Source of the DNA: a virus
IMG/VR virus record: IMGVR_UViG_3300034121_000940
Location: 32,001 to 96,000 of that record
Direction: 5' to 3' (one strand)
DNA length: 64,000 bases
The position numbers and the translations under genes were made by a program. The notes beneath the pieces are model-generated. The model had not been told where the DNA came from. It saw only the letters and a program-made list of their open reading frames with translations, and made no database searches. Positions 39,411 through 48,194 of this stretch are shown piece by piece; the first letter of the stretch is position 1, and each line of letters starts with the position of its first letter.

Positions 39411-39484
39411 CGCTTCTTCTAAGGCTCGAACTTAGGACCCCCAGATTAACAGTCTAGTGCTCTAACCAACTGAGCTAAAGAAGC
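39411..39484 (-). tRNA. tRNA-Asn (GTT)
   Basis: Full cloverleaf GCTTCTT-TAGCTCAGTTGGTTAGAGC-A-CTAGA CTGTTAA TCTGG-GGGTC-CTAAG TTCGAGC CTTAG-AAGAAGC-G; no encoded CCA. Confidence 0.95.
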
Positions 39485-39557
39485 AAAAACCCAGGTGAGG
39501 AACCTGGGCTTTCATTATTAGGCTAAAGCGGAAACAGCCTTATTTGAACGACACATG

Positions 39558-39565
39558 CAAATGTA
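39558..39565 (-). promoter_or_regulatory. Bacteroidota -7 promoter element (TAcaTTTG) for the tRNA transcript
   Basis: Consensus match about 75 nt upstream of the tRNA. Confidence 0.55.
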
Positions 39566-39734
39566 ACAACTTTTCTTACATCACATATATACTCCTAAAA
39601 ATTTTTTATAAAAATTTTCATGATGTATAAGAACCCCCCCCACATGTTACCAAGTAGTAACTTACCCCATGGTAATATGGCTGACATAGCTTCATCCATA
39701 TAGGTATTTGGGAATACTCCATATTAGAGGATGT

Positions 39735-39790
39735 GGTGGTCCCCCTATCTCACCACCCCCCGCCCCTCAAGCCTTTGCCCCTACCCCCCA
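39735..39790. other. G/C-tract cluster at the strand-divergence point
   Basis: Five C runs of 4-6 nt in 50 bp, within an AT-rich genome. Confidence 0.6.
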
Positions 39791-39850
39791 TGCTTTCTCA
39801 ACCACATATTTCATATGTAATATATCTATAACATTTTTTCTAGTGAAAAA

Positions 39851-40123
39851 ATGGTCAACCCTACATACATAACAAAATCTTTTGTTATGAGTTCTAAATT
39901 TATCCAAACACAAACCTTTCTGGTGAAAGTTTTGAGTTCTCCAAAATTTCCTAAAATGTTTTGTCTCAAACTTGTCAATAGTGACAAGTTCTTGCCACGC
40001 ACATTTATCAACAACCTTCCTGCAGGAACCAAGTCTGGTGACTTGATGTTCCTTACAGGTAGGCTGTATACCAATGCATCTGGCTATGATGCCATCTACA
40101 TTGACAATGCTAAACCAGCTTAG
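39851..40123 (+). CDS. Hypothetical protein, first gene of the rightward arm
   Basis: 90-aa ORF followed by a terminator hairpin. Confidence 0.55.
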   Translation: MVNPTYITKSFVMSSKFIQTQTFLVKVLSSPKFPKMFCLKLVNSDKFLPRTFINNLPAGTKSGDLMFLTGRLYTNASGYDAIYIDNAKPA

Positions 40124-40141
40124 GCTGGCTTAGCTTTTCTT

Positions 40142-40840
40142 TTTTCCCTCTCTTCAATCAACCTTTCACTTAATTAAAACAACTGTATTGATTGAACTAA
40201 ACAAATGATGTTATCAAGCAGTTATATTATGTAGCAAAAGGTAATAGAAAAAGTCTGATGACTTTTTCTTTTTCTTTTCCCTCTTCTTATCAACCCTTAA
40301 TTTAAAATAAAATAATTTATTAACAATTAAAAACAAAACAAAATGAAAGCAATTTATTTAACTTCTAGAAGAAGTAAGAAAGGAAACATTTTCCACATCT
40401 ACAATGTAGTAGGAGCAGTAGCAGAAATTGAAGAGTATAAAAACTCACCAAATTTCAAACAGTATCCTTCATTTGGTCCAAATGGAGAAGTGCAGTATTT
40501 AACAAACTATATTGCAATGGAAGATGAAGTAGCATTAGTGAAAAAACAAGATGGAAACTTCACATTGGATCAAGGATCTTTTAACAAAGATGTAGCAAGA
40601 CTTAATGCTGTTGCAGAAGCATCAGCAGTATTAGCAGATAAGTTTGCAGACAAGTTAGCAGATAAGTTAGCAGGTAGTGCAAGTGCTAAAAGAGCAACAA
40701 AAGCCTTCACTGTTGTAGAAGAAACAGTTGAAGATACTACAGAAAATTTAGATAATATGTAGTAGTAGAAGATACTAATGGTTTACACCATTAGTATTTT
40801 TTCTTTTTCCCTCTACTAATCAACCATTTATTTAATATAA
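40142..40840 (+). repeat. Three dispersed copies of TTTTCCCTCT-N4-5-ATCAACC plus an AT tract
   Basis: Copies at about 40142, 40275 and 40805, each directly after a hairpin with a U-run. Confidence 0.7.
40343..40762 (+). CDS. Hypothetical protein
   Basis: 139-aa ORF with A-rich leader and terminator. Confidence 0.75.
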   Translation: MKAIYLTSRRSKKGNIFHIYNVVGAVAEIEEYKNSPNFKQYPSFGPNGEVQYLTNYIAMEDEVALVKKQDGNFTLDQGSFNKDVARLNAVAEASAVLADKFADKLADKLAGSASAKRATKAFTVVEETVEDTTENLDNM

Positions 40841-41336
40841 AACTTATTATTAAGTTTTCTATTAACTAAATGCTGTTAAGTATAAGTGTTAATTCACTTT
40901 ACTCAGCATTAATAGTTTTATAAATACACTCAGTAGCGTGTACTACCTACTACTCACTATCTATTAAGTTGTGTAGTAAGAATGATCTGCTCACTGTAGA
41001 AACATAATATCTTTGTCTCCACCGTGTGTAACAATGAGACTCACTCACTGATAATCAATCAGTTAATTTTTTGCAAAATTGTGTGCAGATGTGTGTTAAA
41101 GTGGGGGAAGGTGTTATACTTCACTACTATTCTAACTCTTCAACAAGTATGCAAAATAGGCTAACTTGCTGTCTATGAATATTTATATAGCTAAAACAGC
41201 ATTAAGCATTTCCCTGTTAACAACATATACAGTATGTCTATACATATATTAATCAGTATTACTATTACTTATAGTATTGTTATTAGTGTTATGTGCTTTA
41301 GGACAGTAAATGCTTCCGGAAACTATATAAAAATAT

Positions 41337-41460
41337 AATATTAATGCACCATATCTACTTCCCAAGGGTAGACAGTTGTAATACAAGATTGATCAGTATC
41401 CTGATTGGTATAACCAGAAAGGACAGTTATCATAGTATTACAACTGAGTGCAGAGGGATT
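41337..41460 (+). ncRNA. Twister-like self-cleaving ribozyme candidate
   Basis: UAA-UGCA-CC..UCUAC-UUCCCAAGG-GUAGA-[12-bp P5]-UGCA-GAGGG; both pseudoknots can form. Confidence 0.55.
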
Positions 41461-41565
41461 TAACTCACACTACTGAGTCTGTCACAAGAGTAGTATCCTA
41501 ACAGTATCCTTAACAGGGCTTGGAAGGGGCTTGTGACTTTTTTATTAATCTCAAAATTATTTCAA

Positions 41566-41850
41566 ATGACAAACTATTACTGGACCATGAAAGATGGTAA
41601 GAAAATTAACGTGGATGATATGGATATCACTCACCTTAGAAACACTCTCAAGATGATCTTGAGAAATGTAGAAGCTCAGAAAGCTTTAATAGCTCAAGAA
41701 GTATCAAGAAAGAAACATCACATTGAACTTAATGGTGATATGGCACAACAGTTTCATGAAACTTATTTTGCTGATCAACAACAAGCAGATGAACTCTTTG
41801 ATGATGATGAAGATTTCCGTTTTATGGATGATTACTATAAAAACCAATAA
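41566..41850 (+). CDS. Hypothetical protein
   Basis: Likely ATG at 41566; YWTMKDGKKINVDDMDITHLRN. Confidence 0.7.
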   Translation: MTNYYWTMKDGKKINVDDMDITHLRNTLKMILRNVEAQKALIAQEVSRKKHHIELNGDMAQQFHETYFADQQQADELFDDDEDFRFMDDYYKNQ

Positions 41851-41851
41851 T

Positions 41852-42064
41852 ATGAGTAAATTAATATTTATTTGGTGGTTACTAAATGGAACAATAACAC
41901 CAGCAGGAACACATGAAAACCACAAGTTATATACTGTGTGGTTTAAAGATGACAAGTTTGCTGATCATATGTATAAAGGAGAAGTTCTCCACTATATTGA
42001 AACAGGAGACCTTGAATACAATGAAGAATATGAATTTGAATCTCTTAAAGCAGATAGAGATTAG
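41852..42064 (+). CDS. Hypothetical protein
   Basis: Likely ATG at 41852 (MSKLIFIWW). Confidence 0.6.
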   Translation: MSKLIFIWWLLNGTITPAGTHENHKLYTVWFKDDKFADHMYKGEVLHYIETGDLEYNEEYEFESLKADRD

Positions 42065-42087
42065 TGATTAATTAAAATTTAAAGTAT

Positions 42088-42282
42088 ATGATTTCAAGTA
42101 AAAAAAGAAAAGAAAACACAGTTGAAGTGACAAAATTTGTAGCATGTCTTCCAGGATATGAAGACTTCAACTATAAACCTGTGAATTATATTCACTCATG
42201 GTTCAGAAAGAAAAGTGCAAATGATTATAAAACTGAGAAAGAATGGAAAAAACAGAAATTGAATACAGAATTAAATCACTAA
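42088..42282 (+). CDS. Hypothetical protein
   Basis: 64-aa ORF. Confidence 0.5.
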   Translation: MISSKKRKENTVEVTKFVACLPGYEDFNYKPVNYIHSWFRKKSANDYKTEKEWKKQKLNTELNH

Positions 42283-42494
42283 TATTATATAGTGATGCAG
42301 TTGAAAGAGCAGACATGCCAATAGAAATGAAACAAGATAAGCTCAATGAAATTGAGAAAGAAAAAATATTTCTAGAGAATATACTTGAAGACAGAAAGTT
42401 TAAAGCTTTTATGAAAGAGTTTCTAATTGGTATGGTACTACTGATATTAGCTAGTATATTATTGTTATTTATAGTTATATTTTATGGATCCTAG
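42243..42494 (+). CDS. Hypothetical membrane protein
   Basis: C-terminal TM helix. Confidence 0.6.
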   Translation: MEKTEIEYRIKSLILYSDAVERADMPIEMKQDKLNEIEKEKIFLENILEDRKFKAFMKEFLIGMVLLILASILLLFIVIFYGS

Positions 42495-42897
42495 AACTTG
42501 CTATGTAAAGTATGATGTAAATACTTTTAGTGTATTGCTTAGAAGATTACTAACATCTGAAGATGTATATGTAAAGAATAAGCTTATAGAAATGCTTACT
42601 CTCTATACTTATGAGAATGAGAACATGTGTAGGAAGATTATTGATCTTTCTATAGGAACAATGATTCCCGAACCTATTAAAACAGGTACCAAAGTAAAAA
42701 TTGATAAAGAAAAAACTGGTTGGCTTGGTACTAGTGAGAAAGAAATTCTTGATAAGAATACAATAGATGAAGCTGTATATGGTACTGTGTTATCTTTTAA
42801 TGGCTATCATAGTTACAATGCATATACAGTTGGCTTCCCAGAAGGTACTGTCAATCTACCTATGGAAGCTGTATCAGATGTTACTAGTATTTTATAA
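42484..42897 (+). CDS. Hypothetical protein
   Basis: 137-aa ORF. Confidence 0.65.
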   Translation: MDPRTCYVKYDVNTFSVLLRRLLTSEDVYVKNKLIEMLTLYTYENENMCRKIIDLSIGTMIPEPIKTGTKVKIDKEKTGWLGTSEKEILDKNTIDEAVYGTVLSFNGYHSYNAYTVGFPEGTVNLPMEAVSDVTSIL

Positions 42898-43049
42898 ATA
42901 TTTTGTCCTGTATGGACGCTTTTCCCAGATAATAATATGAGAGAGTTAATAGCTCTCTCTTTATTATTAGCTATATAGTGCCATGTTTTTGTTTAATTTT
43001 AGTCAGTAATTGTTATTTATGTAATACATTTACTACACATTAATCAAAC

Positions 43050-43316
43050 ATGCTATATCAGTTACCTAACGGAAAAGTAATTAACATCTCAATTGATCAG
43101 TTTCTTGATATGACTGATCAAGATATTCAATACTTTATGTCAGTCAATGGTGGTGATTATTGTAGCAATCCATTCACAGAATCAGCTTGTATAGATAATG
43201 CAAAGGAAAAGTATTATGACTTTGAATTTCTACCTACTGATGATTTGGATGATATTCCTGATAATAATATCCCGTTTGATGATATTATAGACTTAACAGA
43301 AGGCTTGGATATATAG
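43050..43316 (+). CDS. Acidic hypothetical protein
   Basis: MLYQLPNGKVINISIDQFLDMTDQDIQY. Confidence 0.7.
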   Translation: MLYQLPNGKVINISIDQFLDMTDQDIQYFMSVNGGDYCSNPFTESACIDNAKEKYYDFEFLPTDDLDDIPDNNIPFDDIIDLTEGLDI

Positions 43317-43421
43317 ATGCTTTGACATCTATCTCTTACTGCACTATGAGTAATGGTGTTGGTATAGTATTCTATTTACTCACAAATTATTCTATTTATT
43401 AACTCTCAAAAATTAAAAGAG

Positions 43422-43910
43422 ATGGACTCAAAAGTTAAAGTTGTAGCTGATGCTACTACAGGATTGGTTATTAACCAAAGTCAAAATCCAGAATTTGGAT
43501 ATGTTAGAGTAGTACAAACCAGAGTTGTTATTGATGACAATGGATTTATGAAAAGAAAAGAGTATTCTGCTCTTATCCACGGATTAGTTGAAGACTTACA
43601 AACTGTTGGTTACTATGATGGTCAAGAACTTGTAGGTAATATTATTGCTGAAGAATCATTAGATCCTTTCAGTAAAAAAGGTCCTAATAAACCTAAAACT
43701 GCAGGTGATACTAATGTAGTATGTACATTAGGTGGTTTTCCAATCTACAGAAGAACTAAATACACAACTAAATCTAATGCAGAAGATATCTTAATTGCAC
43801 ATGACAACAAAGCAGAAGTTAAAGCTGCTTATGCTAATGCTGCTAATAAGAAACCTGCAATGCAACCAAATGAATCATTTGATTCAGCATCAGAAGATTT
43901 TAATTTATAG
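43422..43910 (+). CDS. Conserved hypothetical protein
   Basis: 162-aa ORF with A-rich leader. Confidence 0.7.
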   Translation: MDSKVKVVADATTGLVINQSQNPEFGYVRVVQTRVVIDDNGFMKRKEYSALIHGLVEDLQTVGYYDGQELVGNIIAEESLDPFSKKGPNKPKTAGDTNVVCTLGGFPIYRRTKYTTKSNAEDILIAHDNKAEVKAAYANAANKKPAMQPNESFDSASEDFNL

Positions 43911-43915
43911 TAATT

Positions 43916-44098
43916 ATGGAAAAAGTAGAAATAATTAGAGCTGAGTTAAAAGAATTAACTAATAAAGCTTTAGAAATGTTACTAAAAAACTGTAACACAG
44001 ATGATGTTGATTTTAATACACCAGCATCTAGACTCCATATGCATTTAGAAGATGCACTTTGGGAAATATCTTGCTTACATAAAGAAGATTTAAAATAG
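43916..44098 (+). CDS. Hypothetical protein
   Basis: 60-aa ORF. Confidence 0.55.
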   Translation: MEKVEIIRAELKELTNKALEMLLKNCNTDDVDFNTPASRLHMHLEDALWEISCLHKEDLK

Positions 44099-44108
44099 TA
44101 AATAACAA

Positions 44109-44135
44109 AGAGCCTGTTACGGCAGGCTCTATTTT
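44109..44135 (+). terminator. Intrinsic terminator
   Basis: AGAGCCTG/CAGGCTCT stem followed by ATTTT. Confidence 0.6.
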
Positions 44136-44597
44136 ATGATTTCAAAAATGTATATGATTATGGAAAAGCTAAAACAAGACATCAAGAATTACATGCTTGA
44201 ACCTGGTAAATACCAAGTATTTGAGCAAGATAAATATTCTACATACCAGAACTATCTTTATAAGAGAGCTCTATATGGTTTAGAATCTTTATCTAAAGAA
44301 GAACTTGCTACTATGTGTAGTAAGAAAAGGTCCAGAATCCTGAATGTTTATAACAGAGCACAGATAGTTGTGAATAATTATAAACATAAGATAACTAAGC
44401 AGTTAACTGATAAATTATTATTGTCATTATTTCCTAGTAGCTCAATCATAAATGAGATTACTGCTTATGATGAGATAGACAATAACTTTAAGAATACACT
44501 TACTTTTAAAGATTTGTGTATACATAAAGACCATCTAGTTGAGCTGTTTATACTTGAAGGAGTTCTTCCTAAAAATTTCTTATCTTTGGAAAAATAA
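44136..44597 (+). CDS. Hypothetical protein
   Basis: 153-aa ORF. Confidence 0.65.
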   Translation: MISKMYMIMEKLKQDIKNYMLEPGKYQVFEQDKYSTYQNYLYKRALYGLESLSKEELATMCSKKRSRILNVYNRAQIVVNNYKHKITKQLTDKLLLSLFPSSSIINEITAYDEIDNNFKNTLTFKDLCIHKDHLVELFILEGVLPKNFLSLEK

Positions 44598-44605
44598 AAA
44601 CCAAC

Positions 44606-44812
44606 ATGAGAAAAAATGATACCAAGCCAGCATTTGCTACTGTACATGCTGGCATTCTTCAACCAGGTATGAACAAAAGAGAATATGTTTACAATTCAGT
44701 TTCACAAGGTTTATTATCTAGCGGTAACTGGACAGGTATTGAAGAAGGATTTCCTGTTAGGGTAAAGCAAATTTCTGAACAAATCTTAAATTTAATGGAT
44801 GAAAAAGCTTAA
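44606..44812 (+). CDS. Hypothetical protein
   Basis: 68 aa; PAF...GMNKREY motif common in phages. Confidence 0.6.
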   Translation: MRKNDTKPAFATVHAGILQPGMNKREYVYNSVSQGLLSSGNWTGIEEGFPVRVKQISEQILNLMDEKA

Positions 44813-45191
44813 AGTTTGCAGTGGTTGCAACAAAGAAGCTATCATATGGAAAAATCATGAGGGTAATAAGTATTGTCAATACTGTTGGAATAAGGTCAAA
44901 TCAGATGACCCTGAACATAAGAATGTAATTCCTACAGTATCTGATAAGAGAAAGAAACAAGATGCTGAGTATTTAAAACTCCGCTATAGATTCCTTAGTG
45001 AGAATACTATGTGTAAAGTTAGTGTTGCTGGTTGTTCTACAAAAGCAAGTGATGTACACCACACATTTGCAGGAGCCAATAGAGATGCTTTTTATTTAAT
45101 ACAAAGCACATGGTTACCTGTCTGCAGAAACTGTCATGACTGGATACATTTACACAGTAAAGAAGCTAGGTTAATGGGGTGGCTTAAATAA
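44799..45191 (+). CDS. HNH-like endonuclease with zinc ribbons
   Basis: CSGC, CQYC and DVHH...WLPVCRNCHDWIH. Confidence 0.7.
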   Translation: MKKLKVCSGCNKEAIIWKNHEGNKYCQYCWNKVKSDDPEHKNVIPTVSDKRKKQDAEYLKLRYRFLSENTMCKVSVAGCSTKASDVHHTFAGANRDAFYLIQSTWLPVCRNCHDWIHLHSKEARLMGWLK

Positions 45192-45206
45192 TTAAAAATA
45201 ATCAAC

Positions 45207-45587
45207 ATGGAAACAGTATTTAAAGTAGGTGATAAAGTCTTTGACATTAAGTATGGTTGGGGAACAGTTAAAGAAGCAGGTAAGTATTCAAAACGTGGTT
45301 TATATGTTGCTTTTGAAAAAAATACTGCAAGTTACTATTCAAATGGTGCAGCATTTGATTGTGTAACACCAACACTCTCATTCACAGAATACACCTTACA
45401 AGGTTTTAGTCAAGAAAGACTGATTATACTGCCTGAAGTTGGTGAGTTGTGTTTGATGAGAGATGCAGATATTGAAGAATGGAAAGCGGTTGCATTTGAA
45501 CAATATGATTCAAGTGATAAATATCCATTTATTACAGAAAAAGGTTTTGCTTTTAAACAAATGAAAAGAATTAAAATATTAGACTAA
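45207..45587 (+). CDS. Hypothetical protein (Bacteroidota-phage family)
   Basis: FKVGDKVFD..YGWG...PTLSFTEYTLQGFSQER. Confidence 0.65.
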   Translation: METVFKVGDKVFDIKYGWGTVKEAGKYSKRGLYVAFEKNTASYYSNGAAFDCVTPTLSFTEYTLQGFSQERLIILPEVGELCLMRDADIEEWKAVAFEQYDSSDKYPFITEKGFAFKQMKRIKILD

Positions 45588-46687
45588 TGATTACAAAAGA
45601 TGATGTACAAGACATTGCATTAGCTAAAACTGATGATCATAGGAGATGCTCAATTGTTTTAGGAACCGGAGTTGGGAAAACTAGAGTTGGTCTGAACCAT
45701 ATCAATAGAAATACATCTCCTCTAAACAAAGTATTGGTTGTTGCACCAAAGAAATCTATATTTCAATCTTGGATTGATGATGCTGGTAAATTTGATATGG
45801 CTAATCTACTTGGTAGAATAGTATTTACTACTTATCTAAGCATAAACAAACATGATCCAAATGATTATGATATTGTTTACTTGGATGAAGTACATAGTCT
45901 TCTTGATAGTCACAGACTATTCTTAGAGAACTTTAAGGGTAAAATACTAGGTCTTACAGGCACACCACCAAAGTATGATGGGTCTGAAAAAGGTAGAATG
46001 GTTAATGATTTTTGTCCTGTAGTATATAGTTTTCAAGCTGATGATGCTGTAGATAACAATATCTTAAATGATTACAAGATATTTGTTCATATGCTTGAAT
46101 TATCAAATGAAAAAAATTACTTGGTTAAGACTAGTAATAATGCATTTGTTACTTCAGAGAAATTAAACTATCAGTATTGGTCTCATAGAGTTGAGTCTGG
46201 TGGTGGTAATTTGCAAATGCTTAGAGTAATGAGAATGCGTGCTCTTATGGAGTATCCTAGTAAAGAAAGATATACTAAGAAACTTATTGAGAGTATATCT
46301 CAGAAGAGTAAAGTAATTGTATTTGCTAATACTCAAGAGCAGGCTGATAAACTATCTCAATACTCATATCACAGCGGTAATAGCAGAAGTGATGAGAACC
46401 TTGAGTTATTCAAAAATAGTAGTATAAATTGCCTATCAACTGTACATCAGTTGAGTGAAGGTGTTAATATTCCTAATTTGAGACAAGGTATTATCATGCA
46501 TGCTTATGGTAATGAGAGAAAGTCAGCTCAAAGAATAGGTAGGCTTCTAAGACTTAATCCAGATGACACAGCTGTAGTGCATATATTATGCTATAGAAAC
46601 ACTATGGATGAGCAGTGGGTTAAACAAGCCTTAGAAGGATTTGATCAAACTAAGATAACTTACAAAACATTTAATGTACAATACTGA
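45587..46687 (+). CDS. Superfamily 2 (DExH) helicase
   Basis: GTGVGKT, LDEVH, LGLTGT, LSEGVNIP and QRIGRLLR motifs. Confidence 0.9.
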   Translation: MITKDDVQDIALAKTDDHRRCSIVLGTGVGKTRVGLNHINRNTSPLNKVLVVAPKKSIFQSWIDDAGKFDMANLLGRIVFTTYLSINKHDPNDYDIVYLDEVHSLLDSHRLFLENFKGKILGLTGTPPKYDGSEKGRMVNDFCPVVYSFQADDAVDNNILNDYKIFVHMLELSNEKNYLVKTSNNAFVTSEKLNYQYWSHRVESGGGNLQMLRVMRMRALMEYPSKERYTKKLIESISQKSKVIVFANTQEQADKLSQYSYHSGNSRSDENLELFKNSSINCLSTVHQLSEGVNIPNLRQGIIMHAYGNERKSAQRIGRLLRLNPDDTAVVHILCYRNTMDEQWVKQALEGFDQTKITYKTFNVQY

Positions 46688-46709
46688 GAAAAATTCCATA
46701 AATTATAGT

Positions 46710-46949
46710 ATGGAGAACAAAACACATAAACTAGTATTATTCAATGATGATGTGCATGACTTTTTATATGTGATTGCATGTCTTATGAAATATTGTGACC
46801 ATGATCCACATCAGGCAGAACAGTGTGCTCTTATAGCACATAGTAATGGTTCTATAGATGTTGCATCTGGTGATTTTATGAAGATACTAGAGATTCATGA
46901 AAATCTTAGTAAGATGGAAATGAAAACTGAAATATCAGAGTATGCTTAA
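46710..46949 (+). CDS. clpS: ClpS-like N-degron adaptor
   Basis: HKLVLFNDDVHDFLYV..CL......QAEQCALIAHSNG signature; likely ATG at 46710. Confidence 0.8.
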   Translation: MENKTHKLVLFNDDVHDFLYVIACLMKYCDHDPHQAEQCALIAHSNGSIDVASGDFMKILEIHENLSKMEMKTEISEYA

Positions 46950-47208
46950 AGTAATATGTATAAATGACAAAAACAAGCCTTCAAAGATCCCTTATAGTGA
47001 GTGGATAGTTGAAGGCTCTGTTTATACAGTGAAAAGAATTGTTCAATTAGCACTGATGAACAACCAAGTTGGATTTGAATTGGAAGAAGTATCTCTTTCT
47101 CCAGAATCTTTTCCGTATGAATACTATAGTGCTTCACGTTTTAAACCAACAGAAGATGAAAAAGAAATTGCAAAGTATGAAGAGTCTGATTTATCAGTGG
47201 TTCTCTAA
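46942..47208 (+). CDS. Hypothetical protein
   Basis: KVICIND...G.VYTV...Y.ASRF phage motif. Confidence 0.65.
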   Translation: MLKVICINDKNKPSKIPYSEWIVEGSVYTVKRIVQLALMNNQVGFELEEVSLSPESFPYEYYSASRFKPTEDEKEIAKYEESDLSVVL

Positions 47209-47524
47209 GAAGAAAGAAGTTAAGTTAACAGACAACAGTGAGTATTTAAAGATCAAGATAATTGATGATACTGCACAGACTATATCAGCTTCATTAGGTA
47301 TTACAGACAAAAGAAAACAGTTTCTTATTGATCTTGTAAATACTGAAATGAAAGAACATGAGAATATAGTTGAAATAATGGTCAATATAAGTCAACATGT
47401 TACTCACCAAAATGAACTAGGATTTGCTATTTATGTATTAGCACAACATCTTGAAAAAGAATGTCAAAATCCTATTGTTAGAATTATGGGTATCATAGGT
47501 AAAAAGTTTGATGGGGAAGATTAA
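47177..47524 (+). CDS. Hypothetical protein
   Basis: Likely internal ATG at 47177 of track ORF 47069..47524. Confidence 0.6.
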   Translation: MKSLIYQWFSKKKEVKLTDNSEYLKIKIIDDTAQTISASLGITDKRKQFLIDLVNTEMKEHENIVEIMVNISQHVTHQNELGFAIYVLAQHLEKECQNPIVRIMGIIGKKFDGED

Positions 47525-47681
47525 AGAAATTTACATAGACTTGATAAACTCTGGTGTAACACCTGATGGTTTATCAGTTGGAGAAGCTCTTGATATTCTA
47601 AAACAAAAAGAGAATGAAGAAGGAGAACAATATGCCAGACAACAATCAACTGGTGAACAAGAAGATAGCAGAGAGACTTGA
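47511..47681 (+). CDS. Small acidic protein (absent from the ORF track)
   Basis: MGKIKEIYIDLINSGVTPDGLSVGEALDIL...; overlaps the previous stop. Confidence 0.5.
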   Translation: MGKIKEIYIDLINSGVTPDGLSVGEALDILKQKENEEGEQYARQQSTGEQEDSRET

Positions 47682-47815
47682 GTATTTCAACAAGCTTGAT
47701 GAAAAAGAAAGAAAAGCTAAAAAACAAGAAAAAACAATCAGTACAGGTGTGAGCAATTAGATTCCTGTGCGATCCATTAGTGGGTGGCTGACCTTAAAGC
47801 AGGCGACTGGTTCTA

Positions 47816-47891
47816 TGTGTTGTTCCCTTGAGAAAGGAGATGAGTAAATGTGGATAGTTGAGTTGCCACCAACACAGAGGTTCTCAACCTC
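47816..47891 (+). ncRNA. Structured RNA element with a 7-bp kissing loop
   Basis: TGTGTTG/CAACACA stem; loop TTGAGAA is complementary to loop TTCTCAA of the GAGG/CCTC hairpin. Confidence 0.5.
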
Positions 47892-48194
47892 AAACTGAAT
47901 GGTAGCCAATTATGAATCGCTATTAAGCAATACTTGCAACTTAACAAGGTTTAATGGAAAGATTGGTGATTTAAGTATTTTGACATATGTCATAACCTAG
48001 TTACTGAGGGTTTTATGAGGTTTTGTAGCTATACATACCTAGAGAAGTAACAAATAGCAAAACAGATTGACCCAAAGGCATGGGTGTAGTGTTAATAAGT
48101 GCTGACCTCTCAAATGGAGAGTTAAGTATGAGGGCGATGTATCACTTATTAATAATGACTCTACAATATGAACAGGTAGCTTCCTGTTATTTAT

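Noticed and set aside
40247-40268. Hammerhead ribozyme suggested by CTGATGA
   Set aside because: CTGATGA is just the loop region of a simple terminator hairpin; no stems II/III or correctly placed GAAA.
40142-40840. CRISPR mini-array
   Set aside because: Repeats are degenerate, irregularly spaced (about 130 and 530 bp) and separated by a gene; no cas genes in the window.
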